From the NCBI RefSeq assembly GCF_018977255.1, contig NW_024704742.1:128466001-128530000 (forward strand): a stretch of DNA of 64,000 nt. Direction: 5' to 3'. The stretch comes from Callorhinchus milii. Lineage: Eukaryota. The position numbers were made by a program, and so were the translations under genes. The notes below the pieces were generated by a model. The model searched no databases. It saw nothing but the letters and a program-made list of their open reading frames with translations, and was not told where the DNA came from. Shown in pieces: positions 23,965 to 37,600 of this stretch; positions within the stretch are counted from its first letter, which is position 1; each line of letters opens with the position of its first letter.

Positions 23965-24695
23965 TCCGCGTCTCTGTGGATTGATTTCAAGGTCCTCACT
24001 CTCACTTATAAATCCCTTCACACCCTAATAATTCCTTATCTCTCTGACCTCCTCCTACCTCACTCATCTGCTCGCCCACTCCACTCAGTTAACTTGAGCT
24101 TGCTGCGAACTCCCTGCTCTACTCTCTCATCCTTCGATGGTCAAGCTTTCAGATTTTATGTCACTAACCTCCAGAACTCCCTCCCTCCATGCCTCTCCCT
24201 CATCACCTCTCCTTCATCCCCTCTGTCCACCTCCTCTCAATCAACCCCTCTGTCTCACCCCCTCTCTATCTATCTTTAAGTCCTACACTCGTGATGACTG
24301 CCCCCTTCCCCCCTCCCCACCCCGGGCATCCAACCCGCCATAGACGGTGGGGGAAACAAATCTTTGGGGAGAGGCTGAATAAAACTCAGTTAAAGGGTTG
24401 GTCCCCTTCAAGACAAGTGATCCATTGGCTTGACCAGGTCCATCAGCCAAACAGAAGTGAGGACGGCCCCATGAGCAACCTGCCCGACCAGAGTTCTTCG
24501 GAGGACTGGCCATGGTCCTTGTCAGGGCTTTTCACCCCCTAGCTTCCCTTAATGACGTGAGCTGTAGATAGATTTGGGTGGCTGAGGCCATCGAATGCTA
24601 TCCACAAGCCACCTATGATCCCCGCCACTTTAAAGTGATCTGACACATTATTCTACATGAAGGACTCTATATAAATGCAAGCTGTTGTTGTTGCG
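23965..24695 (+). mobile_element. Old L2 3' fragment interrupted by an unidentified insert (about 24290-24615)
   Basis: gattgatttcaaggtcctcactctcacttataaatccc (IDFKVLTLTYKS). Tail tatataaatgcaagctgttgttgttg at about 24668-24695. Confidence 0.7.
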
Positions 24696-25811
24696 ATATT
24701 CAACTTAGGAACATAGGAAAACAGAAACAGGAGGAGGGCATTCATCCTATTGTGCCAGTTCAACCAGCTTTCTTAGATTTTGGACGAGTTTATCATCCCA
24801 ATGCACCGCCCTTTCAACAAATTTCTTTACGGCTCAGTTTGAGCTCTTTTTGAAATATTTATTCAACCCTGCCAATAAAATATCCCTCATAAAGTGTCTG
24901 TATTGACCCAAGCTCGGGTCCGAAACACTGATTGTCCAATCCCTTGGGACATCCTTCCGACATGAAAGGCTCGATACAGATGTAATTTTGTTGTTGCACT
25001 GCATGGTTGGAAATGTTGTAATTTGGGGGATTTTCAGGGGTTTAAAAGTAAACCAACATAGAAACGGGAAAAGGCCATTTGTCTCCCTCTTAAACAACAG
25101 CAACAAGATTACATTTTTATAGTGCCTTTCACATCGGGAGGACATCCCAAGGCGCTGATCATTTTATTCTGGACCTATGGCATTCATCAGGGATAATTAT
25201 CACTTTGTAGACTTCAAACTGTCATAAAATTATTGCCATAAAATTATCACCATAACTTCATATACTTTTACATTACAACGGTGGACAACCATTTAGTATC
25301 AACTCATTATGATGCATAGGTTGTTCTGATAATATCAATAATAATAATAACACTTGCATTTGATACAACGCCTTATCACACCATTGAGATGTCTCAAAGC
25401 GCTTCACAGAATATACTGTAAAGTGAATTGACTGTATATTTTGTGAGTGATGTGATCCTAACTTATTGCAACACTGTTTTTTTGCTATCAGTTAAAATGA
25501 GTGCCAGGAAGACATGTGTTGCATCGCACTCCCTGCACACTACACCGTGACAGTCGAAGGTACTGCATGATTAACTCCTATCACAGAACTGACTTCTCCC
25601 GCTGCACACTGACACAAGAACAAAGGATAAGTATTAGCAGAACAGGTCTTGTAAGCTTCATCACTATGGAAACCATGAACATTTGTGGTGTCCTCCACAA
25701 AAAGTACATTTTAAGGTGGAAAAGTTTATGAAATATTCCTCGCTGCTTTTTTTTAAAATCTATCACTGGTTACAGGAAGTGAAATAGACTATGAGACCAG
25801 TTCCAGGTACT

Positions 25812-26165
25812 TGGATTCCTGTAGCATATTGGTTAGAGTACTTGCCTCGCAAGCAAGAGGACCCTGGTTCGATTCTCGTGCAAGACGAAACCTTAGGCAA
25901 GTTTCCTTATCCCACACGCCTCTGTTTACGTAGCAGTAAGTAGGAAATTGGATGTAAGTCAATTGAGGGATCACTAACCAGGGATAATAATCCCTCAAAA
26001 ACAAATATTTTTAAAATAATATCAATATCGTTCCTTACTCCACGACTATTTGTGGGACACTGCTGTGTGCTATTGGCTGCCACGTTTTGCACCCAAAATA
26101 TACAGTCAATTCACTTTACAGTATATTCTATGAAGCTCTTTGAAATGCCTCAATGACATGATAAC
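25812..26165 (+). mobile_element. Family A SINE, near full length
   Basis: ggattcctgtagcatattggttagagtacttgcctcgcaagcaagagg head plus central block and tail. Confidence 0.9.
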
Positions 26166-26384
26166 ACATGTGGAACCCATTACCATGCTGAAGAGTATCC
26201 CTACCAAACTACTGAGACTTTCACATTATATATTCTACATTTAGAACAGAAACAGTTCATTCACCCCAATTAGTCTGTGCTGGTGTTTATACTCCATGGA
26301 ATCCCCCTATTCCTCCTGATCCCCTCACCCATTCCCATCTATTCTCTTCTCCATATGCATTAACATATATGTTTGTCTCTTAAC

Positions 26385-26595
26385 AGCGTGCACACCCTAT
26401 CCTTGCTGAGATGCAACTTGCTCACCTAACCCAGAAAGTACTAGGCACAGGTTGGTAAGACCAAATGCTTGGATACCCCAGAGTGTACATTGAGGAACTG
26501 TATGAGTTTAACCAGCTAAAACCATGCATCTTACCATTGCAAACATTGTCTGGTGAGCTTCCTGTCTCTTGTCCAGCTCGAATCATCCTACTTGT
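26385..26595 (-). mobile_element. Family C retroposon internal fragment
   Basis: taggcacaggttggtaagaccaaatgcttggataccccagagtgtacattg...ccagctaaaaccatgc, homologous to 38660-38760. Confidence 0.65.
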
Positions 26596-27959
26596 TTGGA
26601 TTTTATTTGTACATCATTACTCAATAATCTAAAAATAATCTTGTTTAGAATATCCTGTACTATTTACTTCCATAACCTTTCTCGATTGCCTAGAAAATAT
26701 TCCTGAATAATGTTATATTAAGCAAGTGTAATGATGCTTATTGGAAGAAACATTTAAGTAGTTTATAGCTTTATTTGAACAATGTACACCTGATGCTAAA
26801 TCATTTACAGAAGCTAACCTATTTTAGGAGATGTTTATTGCTTTCTGTGCCGAATCTTTCAAGAAGTTTAAATGGACAATTAGTGTAGTGCAATATCCGT
26901 TTCAATCTATTAACTGGACACCGAACCATTCTTACATGAATTCAAGGTCATTACACTTGTCTGTTTTAGAAATATCTCACATATCCACACCCTGCTTCTA
27001 AAGACACAGTGAGGAGGGTTCAAGGTTTACCTTTAGGTCCTTCAACTGCATTACGTCAGAGTGAGCAGCAACACAACGTTTATAGCCCTCTTTGGGCAAT
27101 TATATTATCATTTTGAGCACAAATGTACTGTGAAATTAATTCTCTGATACAGTAGGGAAGCAAATTCCGAGATGTACATTTATAAAAACAGGAAATCATT
27201 TTTCACAAGGATGTGCCATTATAGCTTATGCTGCTACACTGTCGGTTTCTATTGAAAAGGATCTTTGCTTGTTAATTGTTCCCCCGGTCTGGTATTGCTG
27301 GGTGGATGTTTTTTTTAATGAGACCTTTTGTTCTCATGCCTAACATTGCTTGCGTGAAATGCTACCACATCCTAGTCTCACCTTTGGCAGCCCATGACCT
27401 CCTTCACCTTTCCATATGATTGTCTTTCCCAAATGACTTGTAATTGTTACCTGCAGGTCCAACTCCACAACGTGGGGTCATTGTACAGCACTGCGATCGT
27501 TAACCTCCGATAGACTTGTGCTTCCAATCGAACACTTCTGCCATTGAATTCTTCACTGACCTCCCCTATTACTGTTTGAGTCAGTGAAAATTGCTCATGG
27601 ATATTTCATGTCTCTTCTGTGATATATTTACTAGCTCAAAATGGTGCTCTCAGAGAGATGAATTTTTATTTATGGTTTAACTAGAAACAATCCCGTTGTG
27701 GTGTCCCTTTGAATTTATGTCATCTGCTGACACTCTCCCATAAAAGCAACCAAGATGTATCATTCCTGGAGTCAATCTGCTCTCCTACGCACACAAAGTT
27801 TCAATTTGTGCTGGTCCTCCATGAAAGTGTAACCTCTAACAGTTTTACCTTTCACCAAGACTTATTATAGATTGAAACAGTGGCATTTGGTCCAATAAAT
27901 CTAAAGCAACCACGCTTAAGTCTCTTACTTCAACCTCTTATGAATGCCTCCATCACAGC

Positions 27960-28185
27960 CCAACCTCCTATAGGATTCTGTATCAGAACTTGACCTCTTG
28001 TAAGTGTACTCATCCTGACCATTGCCTCCTGTAGGGTCCTATATAGCATTATGTCCTCCCATAGGGCCCTGTACAGCATTGCGAACTGGAGGATCTGTAT
28101 CACAACATCTGGCCTACTGTCACATCCTTATTACAATTTCTGACTCCCCATAAGATCCTGATTATAACACCTACCCACCATTAGA
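27960..28185. repeat. Degenerate ~30-bp minisatellite
   Basis: Recurring cctcctatagg / cctcctgtagggtcc / cctcccatagggccc / ctccccataagatcc at roughly 30-bp period. Confidence 0.6.
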
Positions 28186-28440
28186 GTCCAAAATTTAAGC
28201 AGAAAGCCAACTGGCTTACTTCCAACTGGTAACAGGGAAATCCCAAGAATGCAGCAAAATGTTTGCAAGAATTAGTGAACAGTGGGTGTTTGACTTCACA
28301 GTAAGGAAGTCATTGCCTTCCACTATCCAAGCAACTCATCATGCTAACAGATTTGCAGGTCTTGAAACTGGGGGAGCAAAGGATGATTGACAGAAAAAAC
28401 ATATTCCTGCAAAATACATTAATAGTCAGGTTTGTGTATT

Positions 28441-28826
28441 AGACTAGCTCAGTTGGTAGCACTCTTGCCTCTGAGTCAGGATGTGGAATTCATATATTCT
28501 TGTTTAATGCTTCAATGCAGTGCTGGAGGTGCCCTGCATTGTTGGAGAAACTAACACTCAGATGAGATGTTAAACCGAGATCTCGACTGTCTGTTCAGGA
28601 GGATTTTAAAGATTGCTCGCCTCTGTTGCCTCTATGTTCCCCAAATAAAATTGGTCATTCACTTCATGGAAATTTGGGGACATATAATAATAACCTTTGC
28701 ATTTGATATAGCGCCTTATCACGTCGTTGAGACATCTCAAAGGGCTTCAGAATATATTATAAAGTGGGTTGACTGTGTATTTTATGGACAAAATGCGGTA
28801 GCCAATTGCGAACAGCAGCATCCCAT
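28441..28826. mobile_element. Family B SINE (+, about 28441-28680) abutting a family A tail (-, about 28685-28826)
   Basis: Head tagctcagttggtagcactcttgcctctgagtcagg, Deu core, then an opposite-strand tail. Confidence 0.82.
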
Positions 28827-29529
28827 AGTAATAATAATTATTATTATTATCGGTTCACAAGCAATATGAAAAGAAAATCTCTCAAAATGGAGAATATTCA
28901 CCCGAGTGCACATTGCTGACTGGTAGGTTTGTCTGTGCTGCAGACATTGATAAATCCAAGATCTTAAGTTGCAACGAACGGGCACTATATAATGAGACCG
29001 TCTTCTGAGGTTTCACCGTATTCCCCTAGCCAGCAGTTATGGTGTCTGAAATATCTGGGTTAGATTTACCCTGTTGTTTTGTTCTTATGTCCCTTTGCTT
29101 TCTTCCATCCTGTGCTGCAATCTGGTGTTTCAACTGTCTGGTTTAGCTTAGCCAAGTGATTGTATATCAGACTGACATTTTACTGTAAATATATGCTCAC
29201 TGCAGTATTTACATACCCATTTGTTTTAGCCACATGCTGCTAAGCTTACCTTCCCCCCAATTACTTACATCTGAAATGTCCGTCTGAGCAAGCTGCTGTC
29301 ATCTTCAAAGTGGGTTTTCAGACAGTTAACACAAGCTAATACATCATTCGGGTTCTCTTGAGTATCTGGGGCCTGGGTTTGGAGGTTGCTGTTCTACAAA
29401 TGGTTTCTATCCATTAATGTCTGGAGCTATAACTTATTTGAAAGTCCAACCTGAAATGTTAATGTGAGTACCCAGTGGATTCGAGCCCATGGTCCAAAAT
29501 ACTACCTAGATTATATCACTGAGTGAGTA

Positions 29530-29777
29530 ATATAATAATATTCATCCTTCCATTTGATATAGTGTCTTATCACATCTTTGGGACGTCTCAAAGGGTTTCA
29601 CAGAATATACTGTAACATGAATTGACTGTATATTTTGTGGGTGAAACGTGGCAGCCAATTGCACACAGCAGTGAAGAAAGCAAGGAAACTTGCCTGGGGT
29701 TTCACCCTGCCAGGGAATCGAACCCAGGACCTCTCACTTGCGAGGTGAGTGCTCTAACCAATACACTACAGGATTCC
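29530..29777 (-). mobile_element. Family A SINE lacking most of its central region
   Basis: Tail 29530-29672 joined to aaggaaacttgcc...gggaatcgaacccagg...tacaggattcc. Confidence 0.85.
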
Positions 29778-30864
29778 TCACTCACTCTTAGCTCCTGAGT
29801 GAGTAACAACATTCAATAGCTATGAGTCTGGCAAGTAAAGGCACCTCATGAGAGTAAATCTGATAGGGGATACTAATGTGCACTTCTTGTTGATATATTT
29901 GGGCTGATTTTTCCATAACCTGATAGTAAAGGTTCCTTAACCAATACTGTAGGCGCAAGTGAAAGATTTGTGGCTTGAAAGATCTGCAAAGTATTTTGCG
30001 CTGACTAATGCAGGAGGAAGGATATGAATTCAACAAATATTGTGAAAGGACAAAAATCAGTCTGACCAGCTCACTATTTTCTGACATTTATCCTCTATTT
30101 GTAAGCGGATCAAATAGACTTGGTCATGGTCTTAACTGGGAGGGATTAAGGATTATTGGGGTCCAATTTGCAGGATTTGTAAAAGGATTCATAAATATTG
30201 TATCATTTTTATGCACTGAAAATGTCCATAGCCTGCTTATTTATTGGGTCCAGAGATTTCCCTGAAGCCTTTGTCACTGTTTACAAGTGCAGAAAGCAGG
30301 CTCTCAGACCTTATCTTCGGGATACTGGATAAATGCCTTTATTAGGGCCAAAAAGACCAATTTCAGTTCACAAAAGTGATGCCTGCTAAACATCATTTAT
30401 TGCCTTCCCTTCAACAGGGAAAATTATATTTTAGAATACTGCAATTTTGTTTACTCTAACTCCACAAAAGAGCTAACACCAATATTCTAATAACAGTCCT
30501 TCCATTCGTTGCAGCGACTTTCACATCGGGATGTCTCAAGGGGTTTATAGGATTTACTGTAAAGTGTAGTGACTGTGAATTTATCTACGAAAGCGGCAGC
30601 CAATATTGACTTGATCGCTCTCCTTCTGTGTTGTAATTTCTAGTATCTTCATGAAATTGGATAGATAAACTAAACAGATCAATGTTCCACTCAGGGATGA
30701 AATTGGTATTGTATTACTGTCTAAGTTTATCATGAACTCTGCTGTACTCAACTTTTAGAGGCAGGTGAAATGTTTTTTTCTGGGTGACAAATAACAGTAA
30801 TAGAGAGATAGAAGCAACAGTAGAGTCTGGGCTGAGTTAGAACTTGCTGCTTTTTTCCACTGAA

Positions 30865-31145
30865 TAATAGAATCTTACAGCACAGAAGGAAGCCATTCGG
30901 CCTATCATGTCTGTGCCGGCTCTTTGAAAAACCTACCAACTATTCCTATTCCCCTGCTCTTACCCCAGAGCCCTGCAAATGTTTTCTTTTCAACTATCTA
31001 TCCAATTCCCCTTTGAATGCTACTATCAAACCTGCTTCCACCACCCTTTCAGGCAGTGCATTCCAGATCGTAACAAATCTCTCGGTAAAAAAAATTCTCC
31101 TTGTCACCCCTCTGTCTTTTTGCCAATTATTTAAAATTTCTGTGA
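30865..31145 (-). mobile_element. CR1 LINE 3' end
   Basis: tagaatcttacagcacagaaggaagccattcggcctatcatgtctgtgccggctctttg...cagtgcattccagatc. Confidence 0.85.
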
Positions 31146-31984
31146 TATTTTAATTCCATTTTTGCTGTCTTACACTTTCAGGGAACCACCGCTTATCTAA
31201 CCATAACCCTGAATAATCAAAGCAATCTTTTGTTTTCTCCAGCTCCTGATCCACTCTAACTCTTTCTTCTCTCCAGTCTTGCCTCCAAGGTGCCAAATTT
31301 CGCTCATAGCAGCGATTTACACAGCATTTTATTCTGTAAAACAAAAGCTTTGGTTATTATTTTCATTCCAAGATTCTAGTGTAAAAAGGGGGGAAATCTT
31401 ACTTTTTTAAAAAATGATTTCTTTCAGGGTGTTTTAATGAAAATCCCATTGTTAAGTTAATGAACCAGAAACCTAATTTCAGACGGTACCTGGGTTCATT
31501 TACACAGTCATTAGTGCACAAGCAATGCCCTTGTGACACTAACTGCAGCTCATATGCAGTACAGCTAAAATCACAGTATTAGCTGGCACTTTACCAGGGT
31601 CAGACAGTGGAGTGAGAATGGAGAGAGAATGCAGCCAAATAATAGCTTCATTTTGTTGAACAGGCGAAAGAAAAAGGTTGAAAATACACAATACTGCAGA
31701 GAAATGTGAACTCGCTCTTTCTTGGGACATTTATCATAGTTTTCCTCTTTCAATTTTCCACCATTGCGATTTCCCTAGGATTTTAGTTTTACAGCAAAAA
31801 ATGGCTTGACATCAGTAGCAAGGCTTGTGCAGCAGATGGTTACGCAATTAGGTTACATTAGGTTATCTTGTCCACACATGGAACCTAAGATGGCTGTTTC
31901 CCTGATCAGCAGTAGAGAAGATAATTATTGCATTTTAAAAAAATTCTGAAATATCAGAGTGAAACCAACATTATAAGTGACCTA

Positions 31985-32330
31985 ATAATAATATGATAAT
32001 AGCTCTTGGATTTTAGATCATACCTTTCACATCAGAAGGATGTTTCAAGAGCTTCATGAGATATACTGCAAAGTGTTGTGACTATTTAGTCAAACGCAGC
32101 AGCCAGTTTTTGCACACAGCAATATCCCTCAAACAGCACTGAAGTGAACGACCACTTTTATCTGCGAGATTGTTTGCCAGGAAATTCAAAGAAATTGCCT
32201 TCTGTTTTTGAATGGTGTCATGGGATCTTTAAAATCCACCTGAAAAAGCAGACAGGACCTTGGTTTGACGTCTCATCTGAAGGACGGATCTTTCTGACAA
32301 TGGTACAACACCCCAAGCACTGCACGGCAC
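31985..32330 (-). mobile_element. Family B Deu-domain SINE
   Basis: catgggatctttaaaatccacctgaaaaagcagacaggaccttggtttgacgtctcatctgaaggacgg. Confidence 0.85.
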
Positions 32331-33978
32331 TTTTAAACAAAGTTTGTGTTCAGCTTTAGATATCTGGTAAGAAGAGTGGGTTTTTAACTGCAGTGCTATG
32401 GATTTTCCATGGGAAGATTGGAGTTTGAATGACAGCCTAAGCTGATGGACAGAGGAGAAGTGCAGGAAGCTGAGCTCTCAATGAGAACAGATGGGAAATG
32501 AAGGGGGGTTACCATTAGAGCTGCCTCTTTGGGCAGGAATAGGAGTAAACCTCACCAAACAGTGACTGCTTGTAGGGCTCGACATCACCTGTTTCATGAA
32601 CGCTCACCAACTCCAGGTCAACAGATGCCATTCAAGCCTCACTTAGGGACAAGGTTAGGAAGAAAAAGATGGTGGCCTTACGTTTGTGATCTAAGTGAGA
32701 ACATATTTCCACCCTCATCTGTGTGATATGGCAGGTTTATTGGAAATGTTTTAATTGTCACCATCCCTGTCTCAGGCCAAACTCAACAACTTACACCATG
32801 TGGTGCCTGACAGAAATTCCGTAGTTCAGAGCGACTTGCCCAGAGGAGAGAAAACAGACCAAAACATTTTGAAAACAATGTTTAGAAACAAATTCTAAGA
32901 GAGTCAGAACATTTCGTAAGATCAATATGAAATTGTGTGAGTACTGCAAGGCGCCGTTGGCATAATTTACAACTAGAGAGATAAAAGGGTTCTCAGTACT
33001 GAGAGCAATTCTGTTTCAAGGGCATTACTGAGCATTGGTTTGTGCTGTATTCTTCAAGCCTAGCGCAGGTGGATTCAAATAAAAATAAAACTTTTACCGC
33101 AAAGTGTTTTTCCAGTTACTTTGTAACTTTGGACATGTTCGTGACAGGTGATTACAATTCGCCACTTACTCCCTCTCTTGAGGCAATGCCGGATGTCCAC
33201 TGATGGCTGTTAAATTATTTGACTGAGATATAAAGTGAGCTTAATGCAGTGTGTAAAAAAAATCATGGCCAGCAAAGCGAGATCTTCAGACAATCTGGTT
33301 CTCATTAAAATCATAGAATTGGCTATGTTGGCTTCATTTAGATAGGAATTATGAGGATGCTGATATCATATGAATTGCAAACTAATTTAGTTGTGAAAAC
33401 ATGTAAAACTGTGTTAATTCAAACAAATAGCAACTGAATGATTGGATCTCTGGTAAATCCAATGAAGAAATAAAGATCATATTACATAATTAGCCTTTTT
33501 AATTTGTGCAGTAAAAATTTTGGCTCCTTCTGTTTTATTTAGTGTCCTGAATTATACAGGATACCGCATAGTTGAACAATCTGTAAACTATGAATGAAAC
33601 TACCTTTCACAGTTAACAAAACTATATTGGAATACATATGTTTTATGAGATCCCACTGAGTAATGAAAATCTCAGCTTGTTGAAACACAAGCTATATTAT
33701 TATATTTCTAATAAGCCACTGATAAAACTATCATTTTATAGTTCCACACCATCAAATTGAAGAATCTAAATGCTGAATATAGACACTAAATTGTATGAAA
33801 ATAAGCCCCTTTTCTTTACTGGACTAATTTAAAAAGCAGCTTGATGCTGTGATTGGATGGGGCAGGAGTGATGGGTTGTAGAAGCGATGAGATCGGATGG
33901 AAAAACTGCAAAATAATTTTCCTTATTTCACCCACAAATGTTCATGTTCCATTGTCCAGTACCATTGAAAATGTAATT

Positions 33979-34360
33979 AATAATAATAATCCTTCCATTT
34001 GATATTGCGCCTTATCACATCTTTGAGACGTCTCAAAGCGCTTCATAGAATATATTGTAAGTGAATTGACTGTATATTTTGTGGGTGAAAAGTGGCAGTC
34101 AATTACACACAGCAGTGTCCCACAAACAGTCCTGGATTGATTGGCCAATTATTATTCATTTTTAAAATATTTTTTAAGGGTTTATCAGCTCTGGAAAAGT
34201 GATCCACAAGTCGACTAACAACCAGGTTCCTACTTGCTGCTAGGTAAACAGAGGCTTGTGGAGTAAGGAAGTTGTCTAAGGTTCTGCCCTGCTCAGGAAT
34301 CCAACCCAGGTCCTTTCGCTTGTGAGGCGACAGCGCTAACTACTACGCTACAGGACTCCA
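33979..34360 (-). mobile_element. Family A SINE, full length
   Basis: From the (taa)n tail to ctacgctacaggactcca at the head. Confidence 0.92.
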
Positions 34361-34914
34361 TGGTCGCTGTGTGCTGCAGGGGAGGGGTGGGGGGGCAGTG
34401 AGATGGTCATACACAAGTACTCGAATATGGTGGTTTGTGGGCATATTAATGTGAGAAAGCATGGATTGAAAAGGCCTTCAGCTTATCAAGCTTTCTCCTT
34501 CCCCACAAGAAACCTATCCTTCCATTGATATCAAACTATACCTCCGTATCTCCAGGAAGATAGCTCTGCATAGATATTCCCTGATAATTGAATAAGCTTC
34601 CAAAGTACTCTCCCATCTTTACTGTTCAACTTTGAATTCCCGCTTCAAACTATATGTCTATATTTCACCCCTCCCACTCCCTTCCAGTAGCTCAGAAATG
34701 ATTGTACCTTGTGAAGTAGGTTATTGACAAGTTGCTAGGAAAGGTGGTTGAGGCTTGGATGTTGGATTCATTTAAAAAGAAGCTCAATACTATGATATGT
34801 ATGTGATGATATTCCCGAGATATTTATTGGAACCAATATGAAAGGTGCTATACAAATGTAATTTTGTTGTTGTTGGAATGGAATGTGCATGCATCCTGTT
34901 TACATAATGTCAGT

Positions 34915-35135
34915 AAATATTAGACACAGGTTGGCAAGAGCCAAGGTGTGGGACCCCAGAGTGTACATTGGGGTACTGCTGGAGTTTAACCAGCTACAAC
35001 CACAAAGATTTCCATTGATATTGCTGTCTGGCAAGCTTTCCTGTTACTTGTCAAGCTCGGATCACTCTACCCATTATGGTTTTGCCTTGCAGGATTGCAA
35101 GGTTGACTGGAGCTGAGTGGGAAAAATCCCTGCCC
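34915..35135 (-). mobile_element. Family C retroposon internal fragment (may extend to about 35550)
   Basis: cacaggttggcaagagccaaggtgtgggaccccagagtgtacattggggtactgctggag...ggatcactctacccatta. Confidence 0.7.
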
Positions 35136-36613
35136 CCAAGTTCTGTTGATGAGCCAGGCTGGTTGGATTGTCATCAGCAGTGCCCTGGAGTACTGAGGAC
35201 CTGCCTGGCTCAGGAACTAGACTATCGAGGCCACCACAGATGGTTGGCTCGATTCTGACATTCTGTTGTCAAACATGTCACCTTAGATGCCCTCTCCCTA
35301 CTGAGGATAGTCACTAATTGGTAATTTGACTAACGACACACATGGATTTCAGCCTTCAATAAGTGGCTGGTAGATATCAGAAACTCCCTGCAAGCTTCCT
35401 CGTAGGCAACACAGCTTAGCATTAAATGGGTAAGAGCATTGCCACCATCTTTCTGTCTGCAGCTCAGACACACATTCCCTCCCATTGAGCGCTGCTTCTA
35501 CCAGGTGGAGGTTGGAGCTTTAGCAGCACCTGCTTACCTCTCTCCAAACTAATAAAGGTGGATTCCAAGCTTTGGATGTACGATCGAGTGTTCACTCCAG
35601 GTTAAGCCAAGGCTGCCCATTGTCACACACCCTATTCAATGTATTCATCAATATATATCTACATGTGGTTAGTAACATTATAGTAATAATAATCCTTATA
35701 TTTGATATAGTGCAAACGTCTGCAAACATTGAATGGAGATTTTATGTTGGCACAGAAGATCTTGAGTACATAATTGATATGTAATATGATTTGAAACATT
35801 GATAAACATAAGGTCCAGGAGTTTTATATCACTATTTAAAATATATTATGAGCTGTCCCTCAGAATAAATCATATATAAGGAGCACTGAACTCTAATTAC
35901 ATTCTTTATGAGGGGATATTAAATTATCCAGTTCACTCTTTTGCTGATCATTGCATTCTACTTTCATTAACTTCTTTCAGATTACACATCTTTGGTGTTC
36001 GTTTCCTTTTGTTCCTCTTTCAGTAGTTGAAACACTAATTCTTGATTCTGCTCCATGCCCTTCAATGTAGCAATGATAATCGTATTTCTTTCAATTTCTC
36101 AGATGCAGTTTCTTTATGTCTCTCATGAGTCTGACCAACAGTCACAACCTTTCACCTGTCGGTAACGCTACTCGTAATCTTTTTTCTCAGTCAAAGGAAA
36201 GTCTCACTTCTGCACACTTGCTAAAACAGCTTCTGAGAACCCCATCTCATTTTTCTTATTAAACATTTATTCTCTAAACAAGGACTCTTTAATTCTCTAT
36301 AAGGTCTAATTGCATCAAAGAACTGAATGCTGATCTTATTTAAGATAATGCATCTTCCTTCTGGTATCGCTCTTGAGCTACTGACAGGATACACCAAAAA
36401 ACTTGCCATCTGTTACATATTCTTTGCCTTACTTCTGCCTTCCATCTGTGCCTCTGTCCATCCATCCATTTGGTTGCTCTCTCGCTTTCAATTGCATCCT
36501 TTCATACTCCCTGTATTTTATTGAACGTCATTCTCTCTTAAGCTCCAAATAGGGCATCTCCAAACTCTTCATTCTCTCAAACAAAAATCATCACAATATC
36601 TCATACTCTAACC

Positions 36614-36694
36614 CAGGAATGGCCAACTTGTAGGCTGCGTAACTAATCTACTCATGTGTAATGCAGTTTGTGGGCCACAAGTTGCCGATCCCTA
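36614..36694. mobile_element. 81-bp hAT (Charlie-like) MITE
   Basis: Imperfect TIRs caggaatggccaacttgtagg and ggccacaagttgccgatcccta. 8-bp flanks ctctaacc (36606-36613) and ctctaaat (36695-36702). Confidence 0.7.
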
Positions 36695-37237
36695 CTCTAA
36701 ATCATTCCTCATACTTTTCCAGGAATCAAGACTCTGAGACTAGTTCCCTCTGCCAACCCTTTATTCTCAGTCTTCTCAACATGTTTTTAAAGCCCAAGTT
36801 TAGTGGCATATAACCATCTCTTCATGACTTATTTGTTTGCTTGAATCTTGGAAGCATGCTGCCCTTCAGGCCAAGGTACTTCAGGTTTCCCCCCAAACTT
36901 AAAGCCTTCCCAACATCCTGGGCAGAATTATGTGATATTGTAAACTTTCAAAATTGGTGAAACATTTCTGGTATAAATAAGTCACTCAATGATGAGGTAT
37001 GCTTTTGGTTGTATTGAGTTATTGCTTTCTGAAATTCTATTTAAATTCTTTGTAAAGGCCACAAATCAAAAAAACTGTTCTTGACTTATCAACAGCTTTA
37101 TTTGGAATCATAAACCATAGGAATTTAAAGTGCAGAAAAAGGCCATTCGGCCCATCATGTCTGTTTTGCTTCTTCGAAAGAGTAATCCTTTCAGTTCCAT
37201 TTACCTGCTTTTTCCCCATAGAACATCAACTTGCATT

Positions 37238-37600
37238 AGGGTCCTGTAGCTTAGTGATTAGAGTACTCGACTCGCAAGTGAGAGGATTTCCGGGCAGGGC
37301 GAAACATTAGGCAAGTTTTTAAGTTTTCTTACTCCACACGACTCTGTTTACTATGCAGTAAGTAGGAACCCAGCTGTTAGAGTCGATTGGTGGAAGTGTA
37401 ATAATCCCTTCAGCAAAAAATAGTAATTAGTTCACTCAATCCACGACTGTTTGTGGGACACTGCTGTGTACAATTGGCTGCCGTGTTTCACCCCAAAAAT
37501 ATACAGTCAATTCACTTTACAATATATTCTGTGAAGCGCTTTGCGATCTTTCGGGGATAAGGCAATATATCAAATGCAAGGATTGTTGTTATTATTATTT
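37238..37600 (+). mobile_element. Family A SINE, full length
   Basis: gggtcctgtagcttagtgattagagtactcgactcgcaag head through caaatgcaaggattgttg tail. Confidence 0.9.

Noticed and set aside
27960..28185. CRISPR-like array
   Set aside because: Eukaryotic intron, degenerate tandem units, no constant repeat with unique spacers, no cas genes.
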